Position numbers and translations under genes: made by a program
Shown: positions 1 through 7,800 of the stretch, in pieces
Numbering within the stretch: position 1 is the first letter of the stretch
Layout: every line of letters starts with the position of its first letter
Notes under the pieces: generated by a model
Database searches by the model: none
What the model was told of the DNA's origin: nothing
Seen by the model: only the letters and a program-made list of their open reading frames with translations
Source of the DNA: Candidatus Saccharimonadota bacterium
GTDB lineage: Bacteria > Patescibacteriota > Saccharimonadia > Saccharimonadales > UBA4665
Length of the DNA: 59,213 nt
NCBI GenBank assembly: GCA_025927655.1
Contig: JAICKY010000001.1
Span: 1-59,213, forward strand
Direction: 5' to 3'

Positions 1-34
1 CATCCACGAGGTAGAATAAAGCTACCAGTTCCAT
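1..34 (-). CDS. 5' end of an unidentified CDS that runs off the left edge
   Basis: ATG at 34-32 (minus) with AAGGAG 8 nt upstream (complement of 43-48). Only 11 codons are visible (MELVALFYLVD). Confidence 0.25.
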   Translation of the reverse strand, partial: MELVALFYLVD

Positions 35-77
35 ATTGGTGTCTCCTTTTTGTTAGTTTTGTTCTTACAAACAAAAG

Positions 78-103
78 GATACCAGGGCTGACGCCCTGGT
101 ATC
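78..103. other. GC-rich stem-loop (10-11 bp stem, 4-nt loop) in a divergent intergenic region
   Basis: GATACCAGGGC-TGAC-GCCCTGGTATC read directly. It is preceded by an imperfect hairpin CCTTTTTGTT...AACAAAAGG (45-78). Confidence 0.4.
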
Positions 104-126
104 TAGACAGCAAAGAGGAGGCGCTT

Positions 127-258
127 ATGTCGAACTGGGGTCAGGTAGTGGATGACCTTGCCGGATATGGAGACGATAAAGGGTTACCAGAGTCACAACA
201 ACCTCGACCCCAGACAAACAATGTAGAAGGTTATGTTAGTGGCGATGACGTGTGGTAA
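127..258 (+). CDS. small acidic hypothetical protein, 43 aa (below the ORF-track cutoff)
   Basis: ATG 127 is preceded by GAGGAGG (115-121) with a 5-nt spacer. Translation is MSNWGQVVDDLAGYGDDKGLPESQQPRPQTNNVEGYVSGDDVW, with TAA at 256-258. Confidence 0.35.
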   Translation: MSNWGQVVDDLAGYGDDKGLPESQQPRPQTNNVEGYVSGDDVW

Positions 259-455
259 GGTCGCCTAAGTCTAGGTAGTGTGTGATTAACATAACTAGTA
301 TATTCAAATTTGGGGCTGATTTGACTCGCGAAGACTATTACTCCCGCATCCAAGGTAATCAAAATTATGTGCAACGCTGAGCGCTTCGAGTTTGCTATAC
401 AGACTCAGATGCTTGAATATAGGCCTTCCAGGCTAGCTCCTTGGAGGTTACAGAG

Positions 456-490
456 AAAAAGCCCCGCCTTTGGCTGGGCATTTTTCTTTG
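456..490 (+). terminator. rho-independent-type terminator with no annotated gene directly upstream
   Basis: AAAAA-GCCCCGCC-TTT-GGCTGGGC-ATTTTTCTTT. The stem is 8 bp with one mismatch, flanked by an A-run and a T-run. Confidence 0.5.
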
Positions 491-507
491 TCACTCTCTG
501 TTAGGTT

Positions 508-535
508 GGAACCCCGCGAACAGCTACAGGTATAT
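508..535 (+). promoter_or_regulatory. candidate ECF-type promoter (GGAAC-N17-GTATAT) upstream of the sigma gene
   Basis: GGAAC at 508-512 and GTATAT at 530-535. The same AAC-N17-GTA layout lies upstream of the paralogous sigma gene (5933-5903, minus). Confidence 0.3.
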
Positions 536-601
536 TTTGTTTTAATACATTATTTACTACTGCTTTTGTAACTTTTTGTGCCTAGTGTGAGTATATAGGA
601 T

Positions 602-1123
602 ATGCAAACAGATGAACCGGAGCTTATTGCTCGTAGTATAGCCCGCGACCACGAAGCTTACGCCGAACTGGTTAACCGCTATAAAAACGCTGTGTATCAT
701 CATTGTTTTGCGATCGTGCGTGATGAAGACGCGGCCGAAGATCTTGCCCAGGCTACGTTTATTGCCGCGTATTACCACTTGGCAAAGTACGACCCCAGGT
801 TTCGCTTGGCCACATGGCTATTCAAAATTGGGACAAACAAGGCGCTCACGTACTTGAAGCGTGCTGCGCGGGAGGTGCAAGCCGATGATTCGCTGATTGC
901 GAGCATTGCCGCTACGACACCACAGCCGCATGAGTCGGCTGTGGAGCGTGAACTCCACGCTGCAGTGGCGCGTCTGCGCCCGCGGTACCGAGCGGCTATT
1001 AGCTTGTACTATTGGCAAGGCCTGAGCCTACAGGAGGTAGCTCTGACCATGGGCTCGCCGGTTGGTTCGGTGAAAGTTTGGGTAAAACGCGCCAAAGAGC
1101 AATTAAGAAAGGAGTTGTCGTGA
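602..1123 (+). CDS. ECF-family RNA polymerase sigma-70 factor
   Basis: 173 aa. Region 2-like DLAQATFIAAYYHLAKYDP / ATWLFKIGTNKALTYLKR and region 4 HTH LYYWQGLSLQEVALTMGSPVGSVKVWVKRAKEQL. Confidence 0.9.
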   Translation: MQTDEPELIARSIARDHEAYAELVNRYKNAVYHHCFAIVRDEDAAEDLAQATFIAAYYHLAKYDPRFRLATWLFKIGTNKALTYLKRAAREVQADDSLIASIAATTPQPHESAVERELHAAVARLRPRYRAAISLYYWQGLSLQEVALTMGSPVGSVKVWVKRAKEQLRKELS

Positions 1124-2085
1124 AAGACATCGAGGATTTGCTGCGCCACGAAGGGCCAAGGCCCGGCCGGCAGCTAAGCAGCAACTTTACTAATGAAACA
1201 ATCGCACGGCTGAGGAACGGCGAACGGTCGCAACCTCGTCCGTGGTGGAAGGAATTTATTCCCGTGAAATTTAGAACTATGCACAAACCAGTACTGGCCG
1301 GTATGGCGTGTGCCGTGACGTTAGTTGCTGGCGGTACGACATACGCCGCCGTGAATGGCTGGAATGTCCAGACCATGTTTGGCGGCCAGAAAGATTTAGG
1401 AAACGGCCAGCGCATCGTCAAGGTGGATGCTAAGAATTGTCCGCACATTGATGCATTTAACATCACTAATAAAAACCGGAGTAGCGATTCGAGCTACTAT
1501 TACCGGATAAAACCAGGCGTCAATCTAACCAACGCCCAAGTGGTCGATGTCGTTACTACTACCTGTGAGGCGGATGCCGAAGGTGCGGCTAGTACGCCAG
1601 CACACCAAGCGATCAATGCCATGTTAGCCGAACCAGAAAACGTTGGCAAGGTTGTGGGTGGTTATGGGGATGCCACGGTAACGGAGCTTACGGCAAGCGA
1701 CATCACCATTCAGTTTGCCACGGGCGGATTGAATACGCGGGTGAAGGGTGTCACCACGCAGCACTTCACGCACATTGACCCGGCAGTGGTTGTAACTGAT
1801 GGTACGGCGCTCAGCACATACAGCGCCCTGAAAGTGGGCGACCATGTGTTTGTGCAGTACCGCGCGAGCGGCGATGCCCTAAGCCATTCCGAAACTACTA
1901 GCCCTGATGAGGTTGATGCCAGCCAGCAGACGGTGGTGGGCATACAGAAATTGTCGCCAGCCATGCAAAAGTACTTCGAAGATTCGGCTATGCTCAGTAA
2001 GTACAGTAAAGACATCGAGCAAGTTGCTCCCTGCACCAGCCAGCCAAGTGGGTACTGTACCGATGCTGAGTACCTTGGGCGATAA
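1120..2085 (+). CDS. putative anti-sigma factor / single-pass membrane protein
   Basis: GTG at 1120 overlaps the sigma stop (GTGA). The track start at 1012 would overlap sigma by 112 nt. One TM helix (VLAGMACAVTLVAGGTTYAAV) is followed by a large extracytoplasmic domain. The role is inferred from position directly after the ECF sigma. Confidence 0.6.
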   Translation: MKDIEDLLRHEGPRPGRQLSSNFTNETIARLRNGERSQPRPWWKEFIPVKFRTMHKPVLAGMACAVTLVAGGTTYAAVNGWNVQTMFGGQKDLGNGQRIVKVDAKNCPHIDAFNITNKNRSSDSSYYYRIKPGVNLTNAQVVDVVTTTCEADAEGAASTPAHQAINAMLAEPENVGKVVGGYGDATVTELTASDITIQFATGGLNTRVKGVTTQHFTHIDPAVVVTDGTALSTYSALKVGDHVFVQYRASGDALSHSETTSPDEVDASQQTVVGIQKLSPAMQKYFEDSAMLSKYSKDIEQVAPCTSQPSGYCTDAEYLGR

Positions 2086-2108
2086 TCTCGCTTAGCTACC
2101 ATTCTCCT

Positions 2109-2139
2109 AAGATGCGCTCAGCACACGGGCGCATCTTTT
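2109..2139 (+). terminator. stem-loop terminator after the anti-sigma gene
   Basis: AAGATGCGC-(11 nt)-GCGCATCTT followed by TTTG, 24 nt after the stop at 2085. Confidence 0.6.
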
Positions 2140-2414
2140 GATAAAGTCGGGGAACGTTTCACTTACCAAGTTGCTACGCGTGGGACTGTAGATGCCCTGG
2201 TATTTCCCAAGGCCTCCTAGGATATACCTAATTGTATGACAAGGATGCCTTCTAAGGTGCCAATCAGTTTACGGCGCACCATCGAAAACCGTTTGCTTTT
2301 GCCTCGGCCAAACTCTCAAATTATGGATGCCTCCCCCTTCCCATCGGCCAGGCAGATGCCTACTATGAACCATAGTAGCCGAGATATAATAGATTGTGCT
2401 GCGCTGATTATTGC

Positions 2415-2741
2415 CTAGTTCTCAGGCTCGGGTACTGTCGGCTCAGCCGTTCCCATACCGGAGAGTGCCACATCGGCTAACCAGCAGGACCCTTCACAAG
2501 GATGACTTTGACCACTACCTGGTTCGTACGAGAACTCGCTACCGCCGAGTACCCAGCCCAGCCCCTCCTTGACACAGAGATTTGGTCCTTCGTTTACTTC
2601 AATGAGCAGCCCCATCATACGTCGTATCCGTTGTATCCTGCGTGCAGCCTGAATCACTTCCGGATCACAGACCTTCTTTACAGGTTCTGGTTGTAGAGCT
2701 TCTGCTAGAACGGGAGCTGGAACTTTTTCTCTTCCAAACAT
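2415..2741 (-). CDS. hypothetical protein (108 aa)
   Basis: ORF with a strong RBS: AAGGAGG (complement of 2750-2756) 8 nt upstream of the ATG. No family recognised. Confidence 0.6.
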   Translation of the reverse strand: MFGREKVPAPVLAEALQPEPVKKVCDPEVIQAARRIQRIRRMMGLLIEVNEGPNLCVKEGLGWVLGGSEFSYEPGSGQSHPCEGSCWLADVALSGMGTAEPTVPEPEN

Positions 2742-2795
2742 GATAGGTACCTCCTTAGATCTTCAAAATAACACTAACTAGTATATTTGTCCAAT

Positions 2796-3176
2796 CTATT
2801 TGCTCAAATGTTCATGCACAATTTGCCAATTACCATCCATACGCTTCAGTGTATTTGTACCTTTGCCCTCATAAACTTGTCGCTTGTCGTCAACGAGTCC
2901 ATCCGACTTAAACCTATACGTGCAAACAGCCACTTGGTGATCGATAGCAACCCACTCTATGTCTGAAATCGTATACACTTCATCTTGAATACTCGCGTAT
3001 GTGTCCTCGAAAGCTTTTTGGATAGCTGGTTTTCCTTTGAACTCACCGTTGGTAAACCAGAAGGAGGCATCTTCAGCGATGCATGGTGCAACCTTGCTAA
3101 AATCCCTGCTGTTGGCGGCTTTTTCGTACGTTTTGAGGAAGGTCTCAAGTTCATCAAGGAGCTTGTTATCTGTGGT
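2796..3176 (-). CDS. NTF2-like (SnoaL/DUF4440-type) protein with no canonical start codon over the homologous N-terminus
   Basis: The frame is open from 3248 to the stop at 2796. My translation is ...TTDNKLLDELETFLKTYEKAANSRDFSKVAPCIAEDASFWFTNGEFKGKPAIQKAFEDTYASIQDEVYTISDIEWVAIDHQVAVCTYRFKSDGLVDDKRQVYEGKGTNTLKRMDGNWQIVHEHLSK. The only ATG/GTG/TTG in frame is the GTG at 2978 (track ORF 2796..2978). Confidence 0.6.
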   Translation of the reverse strand, partial: TTDNKLLDELETFLKTYEKAANSRDFSKVAPCIAEDASFWFTNGEFKGKPAIQKAFEDTYASIQDEVYTISDIEWVAIDHQVAVCTYRFKSDGLVDDKRQVYEGKGTNTLKRMDGNWQIVHEHLSK

Positions 3177-3229
3177 TAGCTCTCCAACTTGGATAGAATT
3201 TTGAATATAGCGTATTGCTTCACCAGTGT

Positions 3230-3619
3230 TTATCTGTAACCCGTTGGCTTATCGATCTTTAATGTTGGCTCTTTCCATTTGGTGTATGCCTTACGCTGCT
3301 CTTCGACACGTTCCCAGGTTATTTCGGGTATACCATGAAGATTCCTTACGCGCGCTTCAATTCGTTTCTTATGGAGGTCGGTGTTACTTGTGGCACATTC
3401 AATAATAATTAGGGTAGCGTCCTGTTGTTTGGCGAGTCCTCGCCAAACATCTTTTGCTTCTTCTTCGGCATTGACGACACCACCGACACTACTGCCATCC
3501 CCTTTGCTAAGGGTCCCTATGTTGCCGTAATGCTGCTTTAGTTCATGTCCGGCTTCAGTAACGGCATTGCGTGTAATATCTAGCGCTTGCTCAAGGCTTC
3601 TCTCTGTCATAAGAGTCAT
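3230..3619 (-). CDS. P-loop kinase (AAA_33-like) C-terminal portion without a Walker A motif; possibly chimeric or decayed
   Basis: The C-terminal part VNAEEEAKDVWRGLAKQQDATLIIIECATSNTDLHKKRIEARVRNLHGIPEITWERVEEQRKAY resembles the distal half of small ATP-binding kinases. No GxxxxGK[ST] is present. The N-terminal 45 aa are unrelated. Confidence 0.45.
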   Translation of the reverse strand: MTLMTERSLEQALDITRNAVTEAGHELKQHYGNIGTLSKGDGSSVGGVVNAEEEAKDVWRGLAKQQDATLIIIECATSNTDLHKKRIEARVRNLHGIPEITWERVEEQRKAYTKWKEPTLKIDKPTGYR

Positions 3620-3808
3620 TATATCCTACAAGCTGTGATAGGTTCATAACTCTGTTGGGATAGAGGCAACCCCCCTGCCCGCTAATCAGTACGCCAGCAA
3701 ATTAGCCCCGGCTTATTGATCGGAACGTATACGCAATGTGGTATGGGTACTTCCGGCGAAGCGTATTAATCATATAGAATTTAGTGCTGCTTTTCCGGAC
3801 ATAGGGTA

Positions 3809-3848
3809 CCAAGTAAAAGCTCGGCCATTCGGCCGAGCTTTTACTTGG
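3809..3848. terminator. perfect 18-bp stem-loop downstream of the anti-sigma-like gene
   Basis: CCAAGTAAAAGCTCGGCC-ATTC-GGCCGAGCTTTTACTTGG, 42 nt beyond the stop of 3891..5372 (minus). Confidence 0.6.
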
Positions 3849-3890
3849 TAATTTAGTAGAGGTGGTGCCTCCTACTAGAATCCCACGATT

Positions 3891-5372
3891 TTAGAATTTT
3901 TCGATTTGTTGTGTGGCCTGTTGTTTGGAGTACGTTTGGCCGGACAATGGGTCTGGCAAGCTAGGCTTGAGCGCGAGACTCATGCCGTATACATCGGAGA
4001 GCGACAGATTCCCGAGGTTCATGCCGTCTTTGTATGCGACGCGGACAAACAGATGATCGCCTGGCAAAACTTGCAACGGTCCATCGGCCAGTTGGTAGTT
4101 GTGTGCGCCTTGCGCATTAAACTCGCCGATGATGTTTTGTGACCAGTTTATCGTGATCTTTTTCCCGGAATCTGTGACCAGCTGCAAGCTTTTACTATCC
4201 ACAGCGGTGATTTTGGCAAAGAACTCGGTCATCGTGCTGCCCGCCTGTGGCTGCAAAGAGTCGTCGAGCACCGAACTACCATTCTCACCACTCGCCATTG
4301 TTCCTGTTGCATTCGTAAATACATCTATAGAGCTGGTTTGAGGGCATAGGTCCTGATTGTCAATGCCACAACTCTCAGTGCCGGTGCCAGGCTGCCCTTT
4401 AGGTACGAGCTTCTCGTTGTTGCTCGGGGCGACATATCGGTCAGCCCTGCCGTCCAGCAGCACTGCTATTTCGACATAGCCATTGTCGGCGTTCTGGGAG
4501 GTACCTTTGGCGTGTGCATGGCTGAGGTATATCGCCTGGCCGACCTTCCATTTTGGCGCACCGGTAGGCTGCAAGTCTTCATTCAGATAGTGTATGGGAT
4601 CACTACTGCGGATACAGCCGCTGTCGGCATCTATAACTTTATTGAGGGTAGGCTCTAGACGACGTTCAACGTAGTAAATGCAGCCGTCTTTGGGGTTGAC
4701 TGATTGTATTTCTGCCACTATTCCGTCATGGGCCATATCTTGGTAGTTTGGATAGGCGTTGCTGATGTCAAAATTGCGGATGCCTTCTATAAGCGCTTGA
4801 TTGCGAATGCTGTCGTCGGTAGCGCCGCTTTTGCCATAGAGCTCGTAGCCTGCATCGTCTACCTGTACCTCTAGGTGACCACGGGCGTTGAGCGTGCGTT
4901 TTAGTATGTCTTGGTCAGCATGTGCCTGCCCCGAACCGCCCAGCAGTCCGGTAACACCGAGCCCGAGTGCAAGCACGGCCATTGCCGCAGCATACTGATA
5001 GGTGCGGCGGCTGTGGGCACCGGTTAGGTCTTTGCGAGAACGTACCAGCAACACGCCGAGTGCTATCAGGCATAGCGCAGAAATGACGCTGGGCCAGGAA
5101 ATGGTTGCGGTATATGCATGTGAATATTCGGTAAATATGTGCGGTAGCTCGCCAAAGTAGCGGATTGTTAGTATGAGTACGTCTAGAATATTTCGGCGTA
5201 AGGCGCCGACTATAATCATCAGGGCGGCGAGCCCCATGATCCCCGTAAGTGTACGGCGCATCAGTTTGGCGCGTTGCGCCTGAACTAGTTTTTTCATGAA
5301 TTGCGTTTCTTCCAGCTGGGCTGGGCCTTTCCTTGGCCGCAGCATGGCAATTTGCAGGTCAAATTTATCCAT
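3891..5372 (-). CDS. putative anti-sigma factor / multi-pass membrane protein with a large extracytoplasmic domain
   Basis: 493 aa. The start overlaps the stop of the upstream ECF sigma by 8 nt. It has about 3 hydrophobic helices in the first 150 aa. The C-terminal VLPGDHLFVRVAYKDG resembles LKVGDHVFVQYRASG of 1120..2085. Confidence 0.6.
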   Translation of the reverse strand: MDKFDLQIAMLRPRKGPAQLEETQFMKKLVQAQRAKLMRRTLTGIMGLAALMIIVGALRRNILDVLILTIRYFGELPHIFTEYSHAYTATISWPSVISALCLIALGVLLVRSRKDLTGAHSRRTYQYAAAMAVLALGLGVTGLLGGSGQAHADQDILKRTLNARGHLEVQVDDAGYELYGKSGATDDSIRNQALIEGIRNFDISNAYPNYQDMAHDGIVAEIQSVNPKDGCIYYVERRLEPTLNKVIDADSGCIRSSDPIHYLNEDLQPTGAPKWKVGQAIYLSHAHAKGTSQNADNGYVEIAVLLDGRADRYVAPSNNEKLVPKGQPGTGTESCGIDNQDLCPQTSSIDVFTNATGTMASGENGSSVLDDSLQPQAGSTMTEFFAKITAVDSKSLQLVTDSGKKITINWSQNIIGEFNAQGAHNYQLADGPLQVLPGDHLFVRVAYKDGMNLGNLSLSDVYGMSLALKPSLPDPLSGQTYSKQQATQQIEKF

Positions 5373-5898
5373 TGCAGGCCTCCTTTAATTGGCGTTTGGC
5401 ACGATATAGCCAAACTTTAATAGTTCCTAAAGGCTTTTGCATAATTGCTGCGATCTCGTCATATGATTTATCTTCCCAGTAGTATAGATTAACAACTGCC
5501 TGGTAATGAGGTGGCAGTTTTGCAATAGCCTTCCTGAGTGTAGCGATCCGCTCTTTGCGGACGGCTGCATCTTCTTGTTCTATAAGTTGATTAACTTCTT
5601 CGGCTGGCACTTCCGGTAGGTCGTCCAGCGACTTATCCTTCTTTTTGCGAAGGTAGTCGAGCGCACAGTTAGTGACGATTTTATACGCCCAGGTGCTAAA
5701 GCTGCGCTCTGGGTCGTATTTGCGTATGTTCAGATAGGCCTTCAGCAACGCGTCTTGCACTACATCCTCTGCCGTGTCGTGGTCTCGCACGAGATACGAG
5801 GCGTGCCGGCACAATGCTGGATAGCATTGTGCCGCGAGCTCCGTGAACGCTGTGGCGTCACCGGCATACGCTGCATGCTGTAGGTCTAAAAAATCCAT
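5365..5898 (-). CDS. ECF-family RNA polymerase sigma-70 factor (paralog of 602..1123)
   Basis: 177 aa. Motifs DVVQDALLKAYLNIRKYDP, STWAYKIVTNCALDYLRK and LYYWEDKSYDEIAAIMQKPLGTIKVWLYRAKRQL. Confidence 0.9.
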   Translation of the reverse strand: MDFLDLQHAAYAGDATAFTELAAQCYPALCRHASYLVRDHDTAEDVVQDALLKAYLNIRKYDPERSFSTWAYKIVTNCALDYLRKKKDKSLDDLPEVPAEEVNQLIEQEDAAVRKERIATLRKAIAKLPPHYQAVVNLYYWEDKSYDEIAAIMQKPLGTIKVWLYRAKRQLKEACNG

Positions 5899-5902
5899 AC
5901 GT

Positions 5903-5933
5903 ATATACTACGGGCAAGCTGGCAAAAAGTTTC
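5903..5933 (-). promoter_or_regulatory. candidate ECF-type promoter (GAAAC-N17-GTAGTATAT) abutting the start codon
   Basis: On the minus strand: GAAAC (5933-5929), a 17-nt spacer, then GTAGTATAT (5911-5903). The ATG at 5898 follows 4 nt later, which would imply a leaderless or very short leader. Confidence 0.25.
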
Positions 5934-6112
5934 ATGCGCTCCATGGCCGAGTTAATGCGAACCACTCGGCGGTAACCGCAGCGTTAGCTGCACACCGGTC
6001 TTTCGAGGCCGGAGCCCGCCCGGGTATTCGTCCATTACCTGGGTCTGAGTACCCGGACGGGCAGCTTTCTTTTCAGGCCTAGATTACCGTGCAATCTACA
6101 ACGTAGATCAGG

Positions 6113-6739
6113 TTATGCCAGTAATGTTTCCAAGGCTTTCATAACGGCTGTAACAGAGGCTGCCACTTCATCTTCACCGTTTACTACCACCGTGGTATGG
6201 CCTTGGTCGGCAAAACTTACGTAGTCGTTAGTAAAACGCGCAAAGGTGCCCTCGCTGGGGCCGTGTCCGCCTTCACGTTTTCGTTTGGCGACTCGTTCCT
6301 TTGCAAGTGCGTGATCGATTTCAACTTCCACAACCAGCAGCGGCAGCTGGGTGTTATGCTCTGCTGCGTACGCCTGCAAATTTATAATTGTTTTATTAAA
6401 ACCGTCCAGGTTCGTAAAGGGTTGGTTCCAGATAAGAATCTTGTGATCGGAAATTGCTTTGTGTGCTTTGCCACGGATGAACCTGTAGGGGTGGAATTTT
6501 TCGTCGACGCCTTCTGCGGTGAGCGATTTGGAAAGATCGGTGTATGCTTTGCTGGTGTAATCTGTGGCATCGGGGTCGAGGGCGACTGCTCTGTCTGCTC
6601 CGATTGATTCCAATAACGTATTGGCGAGGTATGATTTGCCGCTGCCCGGTATGCCGCGCACCAATACAAGTATCGGGTGGCCGGCAGTTTTCATTTTGCC
6701 TGGTTCATCATCTGTTGTAGCTGTGGTATTCATGGGCAT
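6113..6739 (-). CDS. P-loop ATP-binding protein / small-molecule or polynucleotide kinase-like (AAA_33-type)
   Basis: Walker A VRGIPGSGKSYLA. About 200 aa, a size typical of stand-alone kinases. Confidence 0.65.
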   Translation of the reverse strand: MPMNTTATTDDEPGKMKTAGHPILVLVRGIPGSGKSYLANTLLESIGADRAVALDPDATDYTSKAYTDLSKSLTAEGVDEKFHPYRFIRGKAHKAISDHKILIWNQPFTNLDGFNKTIINLQAYAAEHNTQLPLLVVEVEIDHALAKERVAKRKREGGHGPSEGTFARFTNDYVSFADQGHTTVVVNGEDEVAASVTAVMKALETLLA

Positions 6740-6814
6740 ATCTTAGTATATTTGGGCATGAAAAACCACCGGAAAAAGCTCTACGGATACGGTTAATCAT
6801 GGTTCGCCACTGAA

Positions 6815-7087
6815 CTAGCCCTTGCCCCAGCGTTCGGCAGCGCGTGCTTTGGCCTTTGCTGCCTCCACTTCTCGATTATGGGGATTGGCTGCGGTAGTGA
6901 GGCCAGTTAGCAGCTTGCCCGCCACAGCTGCTATGTCGTCCACGCCCCTGTTAAAGACCGCTTCATTGGCCTGTGACGGGTGGTTGTATCCGGATAGCTT
7001 GCGTACAAATTGTAGCGCTGCATCCCGGATCTCCTCCTCCGTTGCCGGCGGGTCGAAGTTAAATAGCGGTTTGATGTTTCTGCACAT
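6815..7087 (-). CDS. DUF2277 domain-containing protein
   Basis: MCRNIKPLFNFDPPATEEEIRDAALQFVRKLSGYNHPSQANEAVF... matches the conserved N-terminus of this family as I remember it. Confidence 0.8.
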   Translation of the reverse strand: MCRNIKPLFNFDPPATEEEIRDAALQFVRKLSGYNHPSQANEAVFNRGVDDIAAVAGKLLTGLTTAANPHNREVEAAKAKARAAERWGKG

Positions 7088-7119
7088 AGCGTGCCTCCTA
7101 ACGTCAATCTTTAAAGTAT

Positions 7120-7704
7120 TTAGGTGTACAGGCTGTGTTTTTGTATGTAACTGAGCAATGCTGGGTGCAGCCGTTCCCGGTGGCCGGTACCATTTCTGAT
7201 GAGCGATGATGTCAAGTCGGCCTCGGCTGTATAGATGAGCGTATGCTGCACTGGTTTGCCGTAGAGTCGCTCCAGTTCTTGCAGCGCCGCCAGTACTGTT
7301 TCGACATTATCGCCTGTCCGTACGCCTATGGCTAGCACTGTATCTTTGAGTAGTGCGTGTATGTGCTCCCAGCGCGGAAGCGTGGGAACTATGTCTGACC
7401 CAATCAGTAAGGTTAGCTTTGCATCGCCCGTGAGTGAGCGAATTTCTGGTAACGTAGTAGCGATAGTGAACTGCGGAGAATCCAGCTGGATAACGCGTGT
7501 ATCGGGCATGTTTTGAGTGGCCCGTTCCAGTAACGCAACGCGGTGAGATATGTCTGTTACGCCTTGTTTGGCACGTGGTTCACGCTCCGGCAGAAATAGC
7601 ATTTCGTCGAGCTGGCACTGGCGAGCTGTTTCTACGGCAAATGCCAGATGCCCCGGGTGGACAGGGTCGAACGTGCCTGCGTATATGCCGATGCGTCGCT
7701 GCAT
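7120..7704 (-). CDS. nadD: nicotinate-nucleotide adenylyltransferase
   Basis: IGIYAGTFDPVHPGHL (the GxFxPxHxGH nucleotidyltransferase motif). 194 aa. Confidence 0.85.
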   Translation of the reverse strand: MQRRIGIYAGTFDPVHPGHLAFAVETARQCQLDEMLFLPEREPRAKQGVTDISHRVALLERATQNMPDTRVIQLDSPQFTIATTLPEIRSLTGDAKLTLLIGSDIVPTLPRWEHIHALLKDTVLAIGVRTGDNVETVLAALQELERLYGKPVQHTLIYTAEADLTSSLIRNGTGHRERLHPALLSYIQKHSLYT

Positions 7705-7800
7705 AGCAGATATTGTACGGTACCGGCACGCTTCGGGCCAGAAGCATCGAGGTGTCTCGCTCTGGCTGCTGTGATTCTTAAGAATGGCTGTATGTATCTG

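Noticed and set aside
312-340. GGGGCTGATTTGACTCGCG resembles the 5' end of tmRNA (GGGGCUGAUUCUGGAUUCGAC)
   Set aside because: No T-arm (GGTTCGA...) or ...CCACCA 3' end follows within 400 nt. There is no tag-like reading frame ending in ...AA-stop, and the sigma gene starts at 602. It is not a tmRNA.
1012-1119. TTG 1012 as the start of the anti-sigma-like gene (track ORF 1012..2085)
   Set aside because: It would overlap the sigma gene by 112 nt in another frame. GTG 1120 gives the common 4-nt stop/start overlap, and the protein-like sequence begins there.
2957-3204. Track ORFs 2957..3157 (-), 2985..3179 (+) and 3001..3204 (+)
   Set aside because: All overlap the conserved but start-less N-terminal half of the NTF2-like reading frame, and none shows protein-like features. 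They are alternative-frame artifacts.
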